Positions 12,901-24,525 of a stretch of 60,520 nucleotides of DNA are shown here, in pieces (positions within the stretch are counted from its first letter, which is position 1; each line of letters starts with the position of its first letter). Below the pieces are notes generated by a model, which was not told where the DNA came from, did not search any database, and saw nothing but the letters and a program-made list of their open reading frames with translations. The stretch is from Macrostomum lignano (taxonomy: Eukaryota): the NCBI GenBank assembly GCA_002269645.1, contig NIVC01001442.1:1-60520 (forward strand), written 5' to 3'. A program made the translations under genes and the position numbers.

Positions 12901-15400
12901 AGAGTCTCAGACTTGCTGAATTAGGAATTTGGACGCACTAAATCCATATTACTGTAGCAATGCCTATTATTAATATTTCATGAGACCATCTTCAGGCTGA
13001 AATAGACTCGACTGGAATTCTAATTTTATTCCTTCCGCTTGACCGGTAGTCAGGAATCGAACCCAGCCTCGGATCCTGTCCGGCTACTGAGACTAGAGTT
13101 TGGACTGGGGAGTAGAGTGAGGGGAGAGTGAGGGAGGAGAGTGATGGAGAGTGAGGGGAGAGTGAAGCAGAGTGAAGGGAGAGTGATGGGAGAGTGATGG
13201 AGTGATGGAGAGTAAGGGGAGGGTGAGGAGAGTGAAGGGAGAGTGAGGAGAGTGGTGGAGAGTGACGGGAGAGTGAGGGGAGAATGAGGGGAGAGTGAGG
13301 AGAGTGAGGGAAGAGTGACAAGAGTGATGGAGAGTGAGGAGAGTGAAGCAGAGCGACAAGAGTGATGGAGAGTGAGGAGAGTGAAGCAGAATGACAAGAG
13401 TGATGGAGAGTGAGGAGAGTGAAGCAGAGTGACAAGAGTGATGGAGAGTGAGGAGAGTCAAGCAGAGTGACAAGAGTGATGGAGAGTGAGGAGAGTGAAG
13501 CAGAATGACAAGAGTGATGGAGAGTGAGGAGAGTCAAGCAGAGTGACAAGAGTGATGGAGAGTGAGGAGAGTGAAGCAGAGTGACAAGAGTGATGGAGAG
13601 TGAGGAGAGTCAAGCAGAGTGACAAGAGTGATGGAGAGTGAGGAGAGTGAAGCAGAATGACAAGAGTGATGGAGAGTGAGGAGTGAAGCAGAGTGACAAG
13701 AGTGATGGAGTGAGGAGAGTGAAGCAGAGTGACAAGAGTGAGGGGAGAGCGAGTCGAATAAAGACTAGAGCTCCGGCAAAGCAAGCGTGGGCGGTCAGCA
13801 GATATAACAGCAGTCGATGCTGCGCACGCAGCCACGCACACAGAACTGTGGCAGCAGGAGAGCTGCACCGGTGTTCCAACCTCTTGAGCAACACCCCCTC
13901 ACCTCGAAACCAGGCAACTCTTTGCTCAGCAAAAGGCAGCACTAGCAGAGAGAGAGAGAGAGAAGGGAGGGGAGAGTCTGAGCGCGCACTCAAAGTGTCT
14001 GGGGCAGCTGAGTAAGAGAGAACGCAAAGGGAAAAGAGTCAGAAGCTTAATGCCCCAGCTATGGTTGAAGGGGCCAACCCAGAAAGAGAAGCAAGCACTT
14101 GGGAGGTTGGAGAGAGCGATGGCGCGTTCGAGTCCGAGGCCTAGCAGCGAAGTGAAGTCCCGCGCTATTCCCGTCCCTCCTTTTCAGCCTTCGCCTCTCA
14201 TCATATCCCCTTTTCTTCTTTATTTAATCCGCGTTCGCTCCTCCGGCACGATCGCTTGCTTACTGACCTCTCCCTCTCTTTCTCTCCACCTCTCCCCCTT
14301 TTTCTGAGCAATTTCGAGCAAGAAAGATCCCAAAGCAATTTGCCTGTCCATCTCCCTTTTTCTCCCTCTCCCCTACCGATTGCCGCAGTTTTTTATCCTT
14401 GTCCGTGCAGCTCCACTTTCAAGTTCGAACGGTTTTGAAAGGCCAGCACCGATGAAGGACAGACAGAGAGCGACCCCTTCATCACCGGGCATCGCCCTAA
14501 TCTGTCTAATTCCTTCCTCCGCACAGGTGTGCCAGGCGCAGTTTAGAAGCAAGTCCCCTCAGCGCTGGACAAGCCGCTGGGCCGCTGGGGGAACAAGCAG
14601 GCCCTCCCAAGTGCGGCAGGAAAATCGCCTCCGCCCCCGTTGATTGTCCAGATAAAAAAACGGCCAAGGAAGAAGATTCCATTTCGTTCTGCCCGGGTCT
14701 TCACGGACAGCTTAGATGGGCGAAAGTTGGTTATGGGAACAGGGAGGGGGTCGGTGCCACGGTCCAATCCCCTTTTCCCCACGCTGGATGAGCCCCAGCT
14801 AGTTTAGGCGGATTCAGAGGAGAGGCAACAGGAAAAAGCAGGCAAGAAACCGAGGCAAGTTTCGGTGGAACGGAAAGCAGAAACGAGCCGGATGCACTTT
14901 CAAAGTCTTCATCATCAGCTTTGGACGCCGGGCCGTAAACTTTTGCGTAGCGAAACTCCTCTCACGGATCCTTGTTCCTCTTTGTTCAACCTCGACAAGA
15001 AGATCTACTAAAACCTGATTTTTTATCAGTGTTGGATCTAGATTTTTTGCTTCAAATCTCCCTCTTCCAAAGCAGCCACGCTATACATCGGCTGGATCTG
15101 AAGTGGACTCAAGGCTAGATGACCTTACACAGAGAAGCATAGAAAACTTTCCTTAGGAGTTTCGTAGCTGTCTTGCTGTGTAAGATAAAGAGGACAAAAT
15201 AAAAGAGGACAGGCAGAACTGTTTCTTTTGCAAGCAACTCTCACGCACGCACACACCTCTAGGAGACAAGCAGACAGCCAGAAATAAATCGCTCTATGAA
15301 AAGTTGGTCTTCTTCAAGACATTACATACTTGGCGTTATTGCTGCCGCTGTGGAGTCTGACAAGCAGAGACATTGCGCGACACCAGCTTGGCCTTGGTTG

Positions 15401-15488
<88 letters not shown>

Positions 15489-18400
15489 CCAGAAATGCTT
15501 GTGGCAGAAGAGTGCAGCGCAAGCAGAGAAGAAGCCACAAACCCGATAATGTTGGCGGGCACGCAGTTAAACGAGCCCCACACAGATACCATGCAGCTCT
15601 TTATTTAGCTTGTTACTAACCCCACCCCCGAGACAGTTTTCTATAATGTCTAGCATTTATTTTTTACAAAACCTCACTGGTCTAAATATAAACCTGACGA
15701 AATGTTAAGCAATTCGGGTTAGGTTAGCGGCAGGTCAGGCCTCGATTGGTAATTATCCAAGCAATAGCTCATATTGTTGCTAAGCGACTAAAATGCATTC
15801 TCTCACCTGAGCTTGCAGATGCGGCGGAAATTTCCGAAACATTTCGACATCGCCAAGCGTCCGATGAATTGTTGCTTGCCGCCGAGGCGGCGGCGGCGGC
15901 GGCGGCGGCTTTCTTGGCGGACTTGGCCGCTGTGAGCTGGCGCCGAAGAGTGCGCAGGTTGCGGCGCATCTGGTCCCGACGTACCAGCAGCTCCTTCTGG
16001 CGGCGCTGGGCTACTGAAAGCTGATTAGCCTGCTCGCTGCTGCGACTCTGCAGCTCCTGCGGATTGGCGCGGTAAAGAATAGATGCTAGATTAGTATGGA
16101 TAGGATACTAGATTGGTCTGAGATTAGAGACAAGATTGGGCTGAGATTGGAGACTAGATTGGTCTGAGACTGGAGACTAGATTGGGCTGAGATTGGAGAC
16201 TAGATTGGTCTGAGACTGGAGACTAGATTGGGCTGAGATTGGAGACTAGATTGGGCTGAAATTGGAGACTAGATTGGGCTGAGATTGAAGACTAGATTGG
16301 GCTGAGATTGGAGACTAGATTGGTCTGAGACTGGAGACTAGATTGGGCTGAGATTGGAGACTAGATTGGTCTGAGACTGGAGACTAGATTGGGCTGAGAT
16401 TGGAGACTAGATTGGGCTAAGATTGGAGACTAGATTAGTATGAGATTGTAGACTAGATTAGTATGAGATTGGAGACTAGATTGGTCTGGATTGGAGACAA
16501 GATTGGTCTGAGATTGGAGACAAGATTGGTCTGAGATTCTAGACTAGATTAGTATGAGATTGGAGACTAGATTGGGCTGAGATTCTAGACTAGATTAGTA
16601 TGAGATTGGAGACTAGATTGGGCTGAGATTCTAGACTAGATTAGTATGAGATTGGAGACTAGATTGGGCTGAGATTGGAGACTAGATTTTGGGCTAAGAT
16701 TGGAGACAAGATTGGGCTGAGATTAGAGACTAGATTGGGCTGGATTGGAGACTAAGGTTGGTATGAGATTGGAGACTAGATTGGTCTGGATTGGAGACAA
16801 GATTGGGCTGAGATTGGAGACAAGATTGGTCTGAGATTCGAGACAAGATTGATCTGAGATTCGAGACAAGATTGGTCTGAGATTGGAGACTAGGTTGGTC
16901 TGGATTGGAGACTATATTGGGCTGAGATTAGAGACTAGGTTGGTATGAGATTGGAGACTAGATTGGTCTGAGATTGGAGACTAGGTTGGTATGAGATTGG
17001 AGACTAGGTTGGTCTGGATTGGAGACTAGATTGGGCTGAGATTAGAAACTAGATTGGGCTGGATTGGAGACTAAGGTTGGTATGAGATTGGAGACTAGAT
17101 TGGTCTGGATTGGAGACTAGATTGGGCTGAGATTAGAGACTAGATTGGGCTGGATTGGAGACTAAGGTTGGTATGAGATTGGAGACTAGATTGGTCTGGA
17201 TTGGAGACTAGATTGGGCTGAGATTAGAGACTAGATTGGGCTGGATTGGAGACTAAGGTTGGTATGAGATTGGAGACTAGATTAGCATGAGATCAGATTC
17301 ATCCAGTTAGGAGAATAGTTTGATCAGAACCAGAAAATGAGATAAGAGACGCCAGAGACGCACAAGTCAGTGGCTGCCAGATAGCAGACATGCTAATTAG
17401 CAGCCACAAGGAATTATCTATGCAATTTATCTATATACACGACATGCAGAGAAAACTCTAATCCCTGCTATATAAAGCCAATTTAATCTACAGCCAGTCT
17501 GCTAATTCCCATCTAATTCCCTTCCCCAACAAGAGCCGGCCGCCGAGGATCAAGTTCCCTATTCGCATTGGTTTTGATAGGCAAAAGTATAGTCCAACAT
17601 CCTTCCCGCCTATGCAGCCGCCAGCCCTTTAAACCACCGACGCGCACAATTTGATTTTACAGCCAGAAGTCCCGCACAGATCGGTGAACTGGCGGGACTG
17701 CGGCTGCTGCTGCTACTGTTTACCAGGCCGAGATCCCCGCGTCCCGATAAGCCCTCCTCCGCCTCCCCGCTGCTTAATAAAAGAGCTTTCAGGCGGTTAT
17801 AGAAAATCAGCCTGCCTGCCCAGCAGAGCACAGCGGGTATTGAATAGAGATAAGTGCAGCTGCCCATGGCTGCGTATTCGCTGCGAGATGCGGGAAATTA
17901 GTAATCACCAGCTGCGTAACATATTTTATGCCGCGCAATTAATACTGCCTACTGACAAAGCCTATAGCACAATCTACCTGAAGCTTTACAGTTAACCCCC
18001 CCCAGCCTCCTTCATCCTGATCAGTTGACGCTTGCCTGACACTCGCAAACTGTTCAGCAGCCAATCGGCATTATAAACCAGCTGGGGCGCGCAGTAACGG
18101 CCGGGGGAACGTATGAACGGCGTTTCCCTCCCCCTACTACTACTAGTTCGGCAGTTATTGTGACTGACTACTTGGGGTGATTTTCGCGTTCTGACCGCTC
18201 CTAATCTGCCTCCAAGAGAAGCCAACCCCCCCCCCATCCACCTTTCAAAGCAGCGGCGGCGGCGGCGGCAGCGGGCTGTAAACCTGCCACGCCGCATATT
18301 CAGCTGGGTAACGCCGGACTGGCCACGTCCCAGCCAGTCAAGTGGGAGGCAGGCCCGCAAAGGTCCCCAGCACTCAGGGCTGACAGGGAGAAATCCCCCT

Positions 18401-21269
18401 ATACGGCCGCTGCACGCATGCGCGCCACAAACTCAACCCCTAGCCACCCAACCCCCCCCCCATTTCCCGGCTTCCTTCATCGCGCCGCTTGTGATTACAG
18501 TCAAGTGGGAGAGGGGGCAGAGAATGCCCGGGGAGATTTAGGAAGTGGCATTTTTAGGAGCTAGAGCTAAAGCTTCAAAGCTTTTGTTGTTAAACCCACT
18601 CAATGCCACCGCCTCCCTTCGCATGCCCAGGGTGTTGACACACTGCCACGCCAGTTGGGATAACGTGACGCTCGTTATAAAGCTGGGAGAAATGATTTTC
18701 TACACTATGGCAATAAGCCAGTCAGCCCAGGTACATGACTCACACTACCACCCATAATTAGGGATACGGACATGGGACATCATGGGATCCAACTGAGTTG
18801 CTAACAATGCTCAATCGATCCATCCCTATCTCCCTAGTTTTCTCCAATCTCTGAGCAGAGTCTCCCGTCTACAATTGGACTCCCAAATGAGCCGGAAAAA
18901 AGCCTCTTGAAGCCGCACTCGCTAGAAAGTGACAGAAGAAAGAAGCTTTGCAGCATAAGCCGGGGATAGAAGCAGAAATAAAAGCTGAAGGGAGAGAAAA
19001 GAAAAAAAATAACTAGCAAGACGACTCGAACAAGGGGGTTGGCGAGGAGGAGGAGGAGAGGAAGATGCTGTGGGCATTGGACAGGGGAAAGGAGGAGCTC
19101 AAGAAGGAGCAGAGCTGTCCCAAGGGGATCCTGGGGAGGCAGAGGGAAGCGGAGATGCGGCGGCCTCCCCCTAGAGAAGAAGCATTGGAGACTCGAGAAG
19201 GGCTGCGACAGCAAGCAGGGTGGAAGAAAGAAGAAAAATTGAATTTAGTCAATAAGCAGCGGGCGGGAGAGAAGGACCGATGGGGGAGTTGGGGGGCCTC
19301 GCTTCTTTCTGCAAGATTGATGTAAACCCTGGCCTTCCCACAGCATCCTCTGCCGACATACTCCCCCTGGCTTCCCCTCTGCAGCGCTCCTCCACTCTCC
19401 TCTCACTCTCCCTTTCCCTTCTCTCTCTCTCTCTTTAGACCAGTCGAAACTGTGGCCATACGGCCCAGCCCAAAAACTTGATGAGGAAGCCAGCCTCCTC
19501 CCTTACTTATTCTTATTCTGCTTCATCTTTTTCTATCTTATTTATATATAGCTAGCTAGTTTGTTTTCCCAAAGCCCCAGGCCTGAGCGCAGTTTTTCGC
19601 GATAGTTTCCACCCCCCCCCCCCAGAATCCATGCGCGGATCTCAAAACCCGATGGTAGAAACAAACCACCCAAACACATGGAAAGCATGTTAGGATTAAT
19701 TTCCAATAATGAGCACAAACAACACTGAGTTAGGAGTTCTCACCTTGAGATAACTGTGCGATCGGTTGAGCACATTCAGCATGGTTAGTCTGTTGGCCTG
19801 GCCCGGACACATGGGCAGCTGGTCTCTCAGCGAGTCCAGGCACTGTCTCAGATGAGCGCGCCTTGAAATTGCAAAATTACAAACCTTTAGCCAGCAGGTT
19901 TGGCAACACATGGCAAAGGGTATAGGTTAGCTGATCTTTATAAGGGGAGGTCAGTTGACCCCTCAACAGGGGAGGTCAGTTGACCTCCTCAACAGAGGTC
20001 AGTTTACTCCCTCATCAGGGGGAGGTCAGTTGACCCCCTTACCTAAAAAATGACCCCCCCTGATCATTTTTTAGTATAGTGGACTGTAATTAGAATCGAA
20101 TATCTGACTCGACTTGCTGCTCATAGTTCAAGCTAAAACCAATTAATTCAGAGGCAAAGAGCAGTTCAACAGCACAAGAGATGAATAATAGTGCTAGGTT
20201 TCTGCTTATTTCTCCGCTTTTCAACCCATAACCCACTTGGCTACCTTGGATACCTAACCTGGAGTTTTATAACTCCAGGGTTATAAAAAGTTTAGTTTTT
20301 ATAACATTATGGTATCTGCTAGAAGACACAGACCAAGCCCTATTACCTTATAGGCCCGAGCTAAAAAAATCGTGTGGGCGTGCCCCAGACGCAGACTGAA
20401 AGAGACACTTGCTGGCTAAGCTGAGAACCGAGCATGCTAAAGACAGTATAGCGTGTAGTTCTAGACTGTGCATAAAAGCAGCATGCATATTGTTGCAAGT
20501 GCCCACGCTGCAAACTCATCGTGCAGTGCGGTTTGCACTTCTTATTTCTCCTCGATACGATGCAAGCTCATGCTACACAGACAGACTGTAGGCCACCCAG
20601 GGTGTCTTGGCCAGACCTGTATCTCTAAGACGAAGAAGCAAATGCAAATTAGCTCCAATGCTTGCCTGTTCTTTTCAAGTTCGTTGTGCGAGGAGCGACT
20701 GCTGACAGACTGGACTGTGCGGCGGTGCTGCTGCTGCAGCAGAGACTGCGGCGGCCTCGACGGCAAGCCGGCGGCGGCGGCGGAATTCGCAGCGACACCT
20801 GAAGTAGAGGACCAGGATGCCGGTGTTCCAGCTGGTTCGAGTCTGACTCGACTGCCCGGTCCGATTGGGACTCGAATAGCGGTGCCGGTGGGCACACGGA
20901 ACCCGTTGCTAGGCGGCTGGTGCCGCTGCTGCTGCTGCGAGGGCGACATGACGACCGGGGCCGCTCTAACTGTGTGCTGGAGCCCGTCGCTGATGATGTC
21001 GCGCGTTTGTTGGCTGGCAACTGAAGGCCAAGGATGAGCGCAATGTTATCGCTTGTTATGGCGCTTGCGTGTTAACGAAAGCCTATTATGGTAATAAAAA
21101 TAAAAATACAGATCAGAGATAACTTGCGAGCTGATTGAGGTACTGATGTTGCTGGCTTCTGCAATATGGAAGATTGCTGCTCAATGAGCATAGCCGCCTC
21201 GTACAGCATCACGAGTCCGTTGCTGCTGTACCCGCTAGCTTTGTTTCCATTGCCGCGCATGATTTTCAT
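6778..21269 (-). CDS. Mxd: Mad/Mxi1 (MXD)-family bHLH-Zip Max-partner repressor, 5 exons, about 353 aa
   Basis: Exons 21269-21110, 21020-20666, 19861-19744, 16056-15807 and 6956-6778 sum to 1062 nt in frame. The spliced bHLH reads RSSHNELEKNR|RAHLRQCLDSLRDQLPMCPGQANRLTMLNVLNRSHSYLK|ELQ..., matching the recalled MXD1/MXI1 motif R-S-[ST]-HNE-[LM]-EKNRRAHLR. An N-terminal SID-like LVMLYEAAMLIE and a C-terminal acidic/SxDxGY-like segment are present. Confidence 0.85.
7001..7428. repeat. 23-bp minisatellite (GGGGCGGCAGAGAGCGGAGAAWA)n
   Basis: About 18 copies. Source of the spurious LRSLPPLFSA ORFs. Confidence 0.95.
8692..9833. repeat. 31-33-bp minisatellite (CACTCACTGAGGCTGGTCTTCCGCCCCCCTAT)n
   Basis: About 35 copies with variable C-runs and recurring variant blocks. 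Confidence 0.95.
10682..10786. repeat. 35-bp unit x3 (ATGCTGACACTAGAGCAGCCAGCTGTGGGATCGGG)
   Basis: Three near-identical adjacent copies. Confidence 0.85.
13110..13745. repeat. Purine-rich array: degenerate GAGT-based 5' part grading into a 38-bp unit (GAGTGAGGAGAGTGAAGCAGAGTGACAAGAGTGATGGA)n
   Basis: Visible copies. Source of the TLLTLHHSCHSA ORFs. Confidence 0.9.
15405..15485. repeat. (CT)n microsatellite, about 40 units
   Basis: Direct reading. Confidence 0.97.
15807..16056 (-). CDS. Mxd: Mxd-like exon 4: zipper region, poly-Ala and WRCRNVSEIS segment
   Basis: CCGCAG acceptor (16058-16057) in phase 0, CAG|GTGAGA donor at 15806 in phase 1; translation ELQSRSSEQANQLSVAQRRQKELLVRRDQMRRNLRTLRRQL. 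Confidence 0.85.
16087..17292. repeat. 23-bp minisatellite (GAGACTAGATTGGGCTGAGATTG)n
   Basis: About 50 copies inside Mxd intron 3. Confidence 0.95.
19744..19861 (-). CDS. Mxd: Mxd-like exon 3: helix1-loop-helix2
   Basis: TTTCAAG acceptor (19863-19862), AAG|GTGAGA donor at 19743; translation (R)RAHLRQCLDSLRDQLPMCPGQANRLTMLNVLNRSHSYLK. Confidence 0.9.
19944..20040. repeat. About 25-bp x4 repeat containing AGGTCA-GT-TGACC(C/T) palindromes
   Basis: AGGTCA starts at 19948, 19973, 19996 and 20023. Confidence 0.75.
20666..21020 (-). CDS. Mxd: Mxd-like exon 2: low-complexity linker plus basic region (SVSSRSSHNELEKNR)
   Basis: CCTTCAG acceptor (21022-21021) in phase 1. It ends at AG|GCAAGC (GC donor, 20665) in phase 2. 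Confidence 0.85.
21110..21269 (-). CDS. Mxd: Mxd-like exon 1 with a Sin3-interaction-domain-like motif (GLVMLYEAAMLIEQ)
   Basis: ATG at 21269 (alternative at 21260); the motif resembles the IQMLLEAADYLE SID. The donor is uncertain: GT at 21109 or GC at 21127, both phase 1. Confidence 0.7.
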
Positions 21270-22959
21270 AAAATCAATAAAAAAGCAGTCGCTTGAAAAT
21301 CAGCGAGAAATAAAAAATGAGGATCCGTAATAAAATGATAAAATAGTAAAATAAAGAATTAAAAAGAGGAGGCTTGAGAAGTGAACAAGGAAAAAGCAGA
21401 CCAGCAGAAGAAAGGGGCTCCGCCCTGGGCAAGTAGGAGAGAGACTGATGCGCGCTTAATTGATTGCGTCGAACTGAAGAGAGTTGAGATTTTTATACCC
21501 CCCCTTCGTCAAAGCGTGGGTAGGAAAGGAAGATTTCGCGTGGGGGTTGAATGGCCAGGGCCGCCTCCTCATTGGCCATTCAGCGAGGATTCCCGCCACG
21601 TGGGTAGAAAATAGCTCTAACTTAGAATTGAAAAACTCCAAGGTCGATAAGACGAATGTACATAGGCCCTGCCCATTTCACTAATAAATGGCATGCACTA
21701 ACCTTGCCTTTCAGCTTGTTCGCGTGGTCCCCAGGACAGAGCCAATAAGGGCTGACGAAGCTGTAGGGTTTGACTATAGACAATTTAGGTTTGTACACAC
21801 AGCGCGTGTTAATTCTAGTATGTACATTGAGTTTCTCTCATTTGCAAGTGATGTACATTGACACTCCCCCATGAATCTCTCACCCGCAGTCTAACCACAA
21901 CTCGTCAGTCACGTGGTAAAGAGAAATTTGCTAAGCAAAGCAAAGTCTAAGCAAACCCGCGCTTCTTTCCCTTGGTTCATGCGTAGATTCAGTAGAGGGC
22001 AGGCAACGCTTGCGCTCCTGGCTCCTAATTATTTGAGAGGAAGCTAGAGAGTCGAGAGAGGTGGATTGTGAGAGTCGTTTCCTCAGCTGTGCAATACAAT
22101 TTTCTAGTTTCTATGCTCTAGTAACTAGAGTAGGAATTTCTGCTGTGGGAAGCAACCTTTACTGATAAATAGCAACAGCCTTTCCCAGCCAGGTGCTACC
22201 CATAACTGTATTATTTTTCTACCGTTAATTGGAATTAACTACACGCCTATAAAATTTGACAAACAGAGCGTAAATAAGAAATGCTAGTCATGTGTGCTTG
22301 AGCCTTTCCTATACATTAAGCTGGACAGCCCCCTTCGGTTTTCTTTCATTCCGTTCCAGACGCATGCGTAAAGCCTTGAATAAGCCTCTCCTATAAGCAT
22401 CACTCAGTCTCCAGTCGATCGCGAGCTAAAAAAGACCCCCCCCCCTAATATTCCCTTTCCCGCGTTCGCCCGAGCGGTCTTGAGTGCCACCCGGAGAAAG
22501 AGAAGCGAGTGCGGAAAAATAGTCCATTTTCGCTTTGCCCCCGGTATGCGATTGCCTAAAGGTAGAATGAAAGAACTCCGGTTAGGGTTAAAAACGAGCC
22601 GATTTTCCTTTGTCAGCAGCCTTGATACTGCTGAGGGCCTCCTGTCCGCTGCTCACCCACCCCCTGCTCACTTTGTCAGACTGTCGCCAAAGAACAAAGA
22701 GCTGGAAATGGAGCTCACGGAACTTCGAAGACACTAATTAAAGGAAGCCCCCGAGCCCGAACCTCCCCGCCTGCTTTTTTTGTTGCTGAAGAGGGGGAGA
22801 GAGAGAGAGAGCGATCCCGCCCTAGTCCCCTTAGTCCTAATAGAGGCGTGGAGCAGGTAGGTAATAAAGGACGATGCGAGACAGAATCACTACCTTATTC
22901 TAGCTTTGCCAGCTTCGATTTGAGTGGCCCAGCAAAGCAAGAGGGAAAATGAGCGGATG

Positions 22960-23200
22960 TGAAGGTTGAGTTAAGTCGAGTAAGGTTGACTGAAATCGAG
23001 TAAAGGCTAAATAAGGTTTTGAGTAAGGTTGGTTGAAGTTGAGTAAGGTTGATGTTAGTAAGGTTGAGTAGGGTTGAGTAAGGTTGAGTAAGGTTAAGTA
23101 AGGAATTGAGTAAGGTTGATTAATGTTGAGATAAGGCTGAGTCAGGTTGAGTAAGGCTCAGTAAAGTTAAGTAAGGTTGAGTAAAGCTGGCTAAATTAGG
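22960..23200. repeat. Degenerate 10-bp array (GAGTAAGGTT)n
   Basis: About 20 diverged copies. Confidence 0.8.
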
Positions 23201-24525
23201 CTAGGGTTGATCCACACAAGCAGTGACTACAATGTTGGACTTGCAGTGACCGCGGAGAAAATTCCTCAGGGCAATTTGTTTTGGTTAAAGAGAGAAGCGG
23301 ACAGCAGAATGAGCTCAGCTATGCGCATCTCACAAGTACACTGCTCTCATAGTGCTGTACGAGTGTGACAATAATTAATTAACTAAAGTGGTCCTCACAG
23401 CTGCTGCCAGGAGCTTCACTGTGAGCTTAGTAAGCGCGTGTGTGAGCTGCCTGCCACCCCACTGGGATATTCAATGCCTCAATATTCAATTCAATAAAGC
23501 ATGGAGTTAGTGTGACTTGGAGGGGGTTGAGTAACACCACTCTGAGCGCATTGCAGTTAGCAGGTTCCAGAACTAACTTAGCCAGCATACCCAGTTATAT
23601 CATTTGGCAGAATAAATGAGCACAATGACAGGGTGAGCATGGGGTGGCTCTGAGCAGAGCTGGAAGTCATTGACCGCTAGCTGCAGTGGATTGAACAGGA
23701 GGGGAAGGAGGTCAAACTCAAGGGGCGCCTCATTTTCCTTGTCTCTTCTTTCAGCTGTTGGGGGATACAGGAAATCGGATGCAGCACAGAGCTGCAGAGA
23801 AGGGGGAGGGCGGCTTCTCAAAAAGCTTCTTCCATAGCTCATTATCGCATTTGGATCGGCTTACCCGGCGGAAATCCCAAACCGCTTCTTCTTCCCATCC
23901 GTCTATCCCGTTGCACCTATCTGCCTCATCAGGCCGAGGCTTCTCAGCAACGAGCTGCCGCCTACCCCCGAGCTGCGTATGCGACCGAATCACATCGCTA
24001 TCTGGGGAGAAATCGATTTCTGCTGCCCGGAGCTGAGCAACTGAGAAATTCGCGGCAATGAGACTGGGAAATATGAAGAGAGGGAGGCTTTTTGGATCAG
24101 CGGGAGAGATGATAAGGAGGAAAGACGGTGGGCAGAAGTCTGTTCGTGTAGTCTTCTGCCCCCCCCCCCCCAGGCTGTGGGAGGGGCATGCAGCCTGAGG
24201 CAGGCGCTCAGGCCTTCAAAAGCCGCTGCTTTGAGCAAAGTCAACCTGACTGTTTCCAGCTGCTTCAACCGCGCCTCTTTGCATTTCCAACTTCTGTCCC
24301 AATTTCCCTCACTGTGTTTAAAATGTTCGAATGCCCGATTATGCAATAAGGGGCTGGTTGCTAATTAATTTCGTCTTTATTTCGTCTTTGCTGGGATCTG
24401 ACTTTAGGGAGGTGGAAGGGTCAAGCGGCACACTGTTTAACCCTGGATGAAGAGTTGGCAACCTTGTGGGGAAATTGGCTGCGAAATCCCGTTTGACATA
24501 TTGTTGGACAAGTTCGGAGCTGAGG

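Noticed and set aside
12992-13993. Leu/Ser/His-rich ORFs on the - strand
   Set aside because: Translations of the 38-bp purine array inside Mxd intron 4.
20259-20325. Helitron 3' end (hairpin plus CTAG)
   Set aside because: CTAG is followed by A rather than T, and no matching 5' TC end or element body was found.
20649-21020. 123 aa ORF MPANKRATSS... as Mxd exon 2
   Set aside because: Wrong frame: the HNELEKNR motif is in the overlapping frame of ORF 20949-20542.
21597-21915. Two CACGTG E-boxes upstream of Mxd as autoregulatory sites
   Set aside because: Only two 6-mers; the motif also occurs near 27712, 49122 and 55645, so enrichment cannot be supported without conservation or ChIP data.
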